Shown here piece after piece: positions 61,334 to 64,000 of a stretch of DNA of 64,000 bases. The stretch is taken from positions 287,121 to 351,120 of the forward strand of contig JADJNY010000006.1 in assembly GCA_016714045.1 (NCBI GenBank). The letters are read 5' to 3'. The stretch's first letter is position 1. Each line of letters starts with the position of its first letter. The stretch is from Planctomycetota bacterium. GTDB taxonomy: Bacteria > Planctomycetota > UBA1135 > GCA-002686595. The notes beneath the pieces are model-generated. The model did no database searches. It saw only the letters and a list, made by a program, of their open reading frames with translations, and was not told the origin of the DNA. The position numbers were made by a program, and so were the translations under genes.

Positions 61334-63463
61334 ATGGCCAGGTGGACCCACCTCGATAGCGAGACCCTCTACAACGTCAGCAAGTGGGGTCTCGGGTTCT
61401 TCCGCATCAACGAGCAGGGCAACGTCGAAGCGCACCCCGAGCCCGACCGCAATGGTCGGAACGGGGCGTCTCCGGGGATCGACCTGCACGAGCTGCTCGG
61501 ACAGCTCCTGCGGCGCGGCGTGTCGACGCCGATCCTGTTGCGCTTCGACGGCATCCTGCGCGCTCGCGTGCGCGCGATGAACGAAGCGTTCAACAACGCG
61601 CGCAAGGAGTTCCAGTACGAAGCGCCCTACCGCGGCGTGTTCCCCATCAAGGTGAACCAGGAGCGCCACGTCGTCGAGGCGCTGCTCAGCGAGGGCGCCA
61701 ACTGGCAGATGGGCCTCGAGGTCGGCTCGAAGCCCGAGCTCATCGCCGTCGTGGCACTCATGGCAGGCCGCGGCTCCTTGATGGTCTGCAACGGCTACAA
61801 GGACGAGGAGTACATCGAGATGGCGCTCATGTCGACGAAGCTCGGCATCACGCCGATCATCGTCGTCGAGAAGTACTCCGAGGTCGACACGGTGCTGCGC
61901 GTCGCCCGCGCGCTCAACATCCGCCCGAACATCGGCGTGCGCGCGAAGCTCTCGGGCAAGGGCGCCGGCCGCTGGCAGGAGTCGGGCGGCGACCGCTCGA
62001 AGTTCGGCCTGACCACGCGCGAGATCGTCGAGGTCGTCGAGCGCCTCGAGCGCGAAGGCCTCCTCGACTGCCTCCAGCTCATGCACTTCCACCTCGGCAG
62101 CCAGATCCCCGAGATCCGCTCGCTGAAGAACGCGCTCAAGGAAGCGACGCACACGCTCGTGTCGCTCTCCAAGATGGGCGTCCGCATCAAGTGGTTCGAC
62201 GTCGGCGGCGGCCTGGGCATCGACTACGACGGCTCGTCGACCAACTTCGAGTCGTCGATGAACTACTCGATGCAGGAGTACGCGAACGACGTCGTGTACC
62301 ACCTCCAGCAGGCGTGCCTCGAGAACGAGATCCCGCAGCCCGGCATCATCACCGAGAGCGGCCGCGCGCTGACCGCGCACCACGCGGTGCTCGTCACCGA
62401 GGTGCTCGGCACCAGCGACTTCACCTCCGAAGGCCTCGCCAAGGTGCCGGCCGAGGACGAGCACGAGCTGATCCACAACTTCCACCAGCTCTGCGAGAAC
62501 GTCACGGCGAAGAATTACCAGGAGAGCTACCACGACGCGATGCAGATGCGCGACGAGGCGATGGTGCTCTTCAACGTCGGACAAGTCGGCATGCGCGAGC
62601 GCGCGCGCGTCGAAGACCTCTTCTGGAGGACGTGCGAGAAGATCCTGAAGATCACGCGCACCCTCGACTACGTGCCGGACGACCTCGCGAACCTCGAGCG
62701 CGACATGGCCGACACGTACTTCCTCAACTTCTCGCTGTTCCAGTCCGTGCCGGACTCGTGGGCGATCCACCAGCTCTTCCCGATCCTCCCGCTGCACCGC
62801 CACACGGAGCAGCCGACGCGCCGCGGCATCCTCGCCGACATCACGTGCGACTCGGACGGCAAGGTGGACCGCTTCATCGACCTGCGCGACGTGAAGCGCA
62901 CGCTCGAGCTCCACCCGCTCAAGAAGGACGAGCCGTACTACCTCGGCTTCTTCCTCGTGGGCGCGTACCAGGAGATCCTCGGCGACATGCACAACCTGTT
63001 CGGCGACACGAACGTGGTGCACGTCGACATGGACGAGAACGGCCGCCCGCGCCTGACGCACGTGTTGCGCGGCGAGCGCGTGCAGGACGTCCTCGAGTAC
63101 GTCGAGTACTTCGAGACGGACCTGCTCTCGAACCTGCGGCGCTCGGTCGAGAACTCGCTCGAGGAAGGCCGCATCACGTTCGAGGAGTCGGCGCTGATCT
63201 ACCGCCGCTACGAGAACGGCCTGCACGGCTACACCTACCTCACGCGCGAGAAGTCGCGCGTCGAGACGCCGCCGTTCCCGCAGTTCCAGTCGACGGGGGC
63301 CCCGGGCGCCCCGAGCGCGCCCGCGCCCGCTCCAGCGACCCCGTCGACGACGTTCGTGTCGTCGGCGCAGGCGCAGTTGCCGCTCTCCGGCAGCACGGGT
63401 CCGATCCCGTCGGCCTACACGATCCCGGCGAGCGCGCCGCAAGCCGCGAAGACGAACGCGTGA
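61334..63463 (+). CDS. speA: biosynthetic arginine decarboxylase
   Basis: YNVSKWGLGFFRINEQGNVEAHP, PILLRFDGILR, VFPIKVNQERHVVEAL, GLEVGSKPEL, MHFHLGSQI and DVGGGLGIDYDGS. A Pro/Ala/Ser-rich extension of about 70 aa sits at the C-terminus. Confidence 0.9.
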   Translation: MARWTHLDSETLYNVSKWGLGFFRINEQGNVEAHPEPDRNGRNGASPGIDLHELLGQLLRRGVSTPILLRFDGILRARVRAMNEAFNNARKEFQYEAPYRGVFPIKVNQERHVVEALLSEGANWQMGLEVGSKPELIAVVALMAGRGSLMVCNGYKDEEYIEMALMSTKLGITPIIVVEKYSEVDTVLRVARALNIRPNIGVRAKLSGKGAGRWQESGGDRSKFGLTTREIVEVVERLEREGLLDCLQLMHFHLGSQIPEIRSLKNALKEATHTLVSLSKMGVRIKWFDVGGGLGIDYDGSSTNFESSMNYSMQEYANDVVYHLQQACLENEIPQPGIITESGRALTAHHAVLVTEVLGTSDFTSEGLAKVPAEDEHELIHNFHQLCENVTAKNYQESYHDAMQMRDEAMVLFNVGQVGMRERARVEDLFWRTCEKILKITRTLDYVPDDLANLERDMADTYFLNFSLFQSVPDSWAIHQLFPILPLHRHTEQPTRRGILADITCDSDGKVDRFIDLRDVKRTLELHPLKKDEPYYLGFFLVGAYQEILGDMHNLFGDTNVVHVDMDENGRPRLTHVLRGERVQDVLEYVEYFETDLLSNLRRSVENSLEEGRITFEESALIYRRYENGLHGYTYLTREKSRVETPPFPQFQSTGAPGAPSAPAPAPATPSTTFVSSAQAQLPLSGSTGPIPSAYTIPASAPQAAKTNA

Positions 63464-63972
63464 AGATCGAACAGGACTGCTTCGTCGAGCTGGAGTACCA
63501 GCTCAGGAACGGCAAGGGCGACGTGGTCGAGCAATCGACCGATCGCGGCCCGATGACGTATCTCCACGGGCACGAGGAGATCCTCCCCGCCCTCGAACAA
63601 GGCCTCGAAGGCGCCGGCGAGGGCGACAAGCTCTCGATCTGCCTCGAGCCCGATCAGGCGTACGGGCCGTACGACCCCGACCAGATCCTGTCCGTTCCGC
63701 GCAGCGAGTTCCCCGAGGACGCGGAGATCGTGCCGGGCGATTGGATCACCATCTCGCTCAGCGACGAGCAGGACACGGACGTCGACGGGCAGGAGATGGA
63801 CGCGCGCGTCGTCGAGATCAGCCCGGACGCGATCACGCTCGATGCGAATCATCCGCTCGCGGGACAACAGGTCGTGTTCGAGATGCGCGTCTTGAAGGTG
63901 CGCAAGGCGACCGAGGAAGAGATGGAAGCGCGCGAAGCGGCGCGCGACGAGGAAGAGGACGAGGGCGGGTGA
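63460..63972 (+). CDS. slyD: FKBP-type peptidyl-prolyl isomerase, SlyD-like
   Basis: GTG at 63460 overlaps the speA stop (GTGA). VELEYQLRNGKGDVVEQS..MTYLHGHEEILPALEQGLEGAGEGDKLSICLEPDQAYGPYD..HPLAGQQVVFEMRVLKV. The tail is acidic. Confidence 0.8.
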   Translation: MKIEQDCFVELEYQLRNGKGDVVEQSTDRGPMTYLHGHEEILPALEQGLEGAGEGDKLSICLEPDQAYGPYDPDQILSVPRSEFPEDAEIVPGDWITISLSDEQDTDVDGQEMDARVVEISPDAITLDANHPLAGQQVVFEMRVLKVRKATEEEMEAREAARDEEEDEGG

Positions 63973-64000
63973 CCGCGGCGCGCCACGGCGCCGCTACCCC

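Overview
This is a very GC-rich bacterial chromosomal segment with strong G/C bias at third codon positions. As a result, all six frames contain long spurious Arg/Ala/Pro-rich ORFs. I separated real genes from these by recognisable motifs, signal peptides, codon bias and start/stop coupling, and support about 42 protein genes. I found no rRNA, tRNA, CRISPR array, transposase, integrase or phage genes.

Gene content is mostly envelope, secretion and signalling:
- Two tandem M14 carboxypeptidases.
- An eight-gene minus-strand block (2.4-15.7 kb) of secreted or membrane proteins. It includes a sigma factor fused to a transmembrane (TM) helix and a CarboxypepD_reg-like repeat array.
- Three separate sets of polysaccharide O-acyl-transfer genes: two SGNH hydrolases, an MBOAT gene with a DltD-like partner, and two AlgJ/AlgX-like genes.
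- An ECF sigma / anti-sigma / CHAT-protease module next to an FG-GAP protein.
- A BlaI/BlaR1 pair with a Cys-rich downstream protein.
- A 1556-aa propeller plus Sel1-repeat protein.
- A Ser/Thr kinase with TPR repeats.
- Housekeeping genes: acyP, miaE, a PduO-type adenosyltransferase, a sulfatase, a SpoU methyltransferase, a threonine-dehydratase-like enzyme, dus, speA and slyD.

The main structure the genes do not explain:
1. An interspersed intergenic repeat family of about 90-290 bp, with four copies. Its central hairpin keeps pairing while its sequence changes. Three copies start exactly at the stop codon of an O-acyl-transfer gene.
2. A 27-bp x6 tandem repeat filling the gap between the two SGNH paralogs. 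It is also readable as a small Arg/Ala-rich ORF with ATGA overlaps at both ends.
3. A 12/36-bp TCGAG array.
4. A recurring CTAGAATC octamer found only between genes.
5. A shared ~150-aa Cys-rich C-terminal domain on two otherwise different secreted proteins.

At least three conserved genes, and possibly a fourth, carry single-position frame breaks. This looks more like assembly indels than gene decay.

All family assignments rest on motif recognition by eye. No searches were run.
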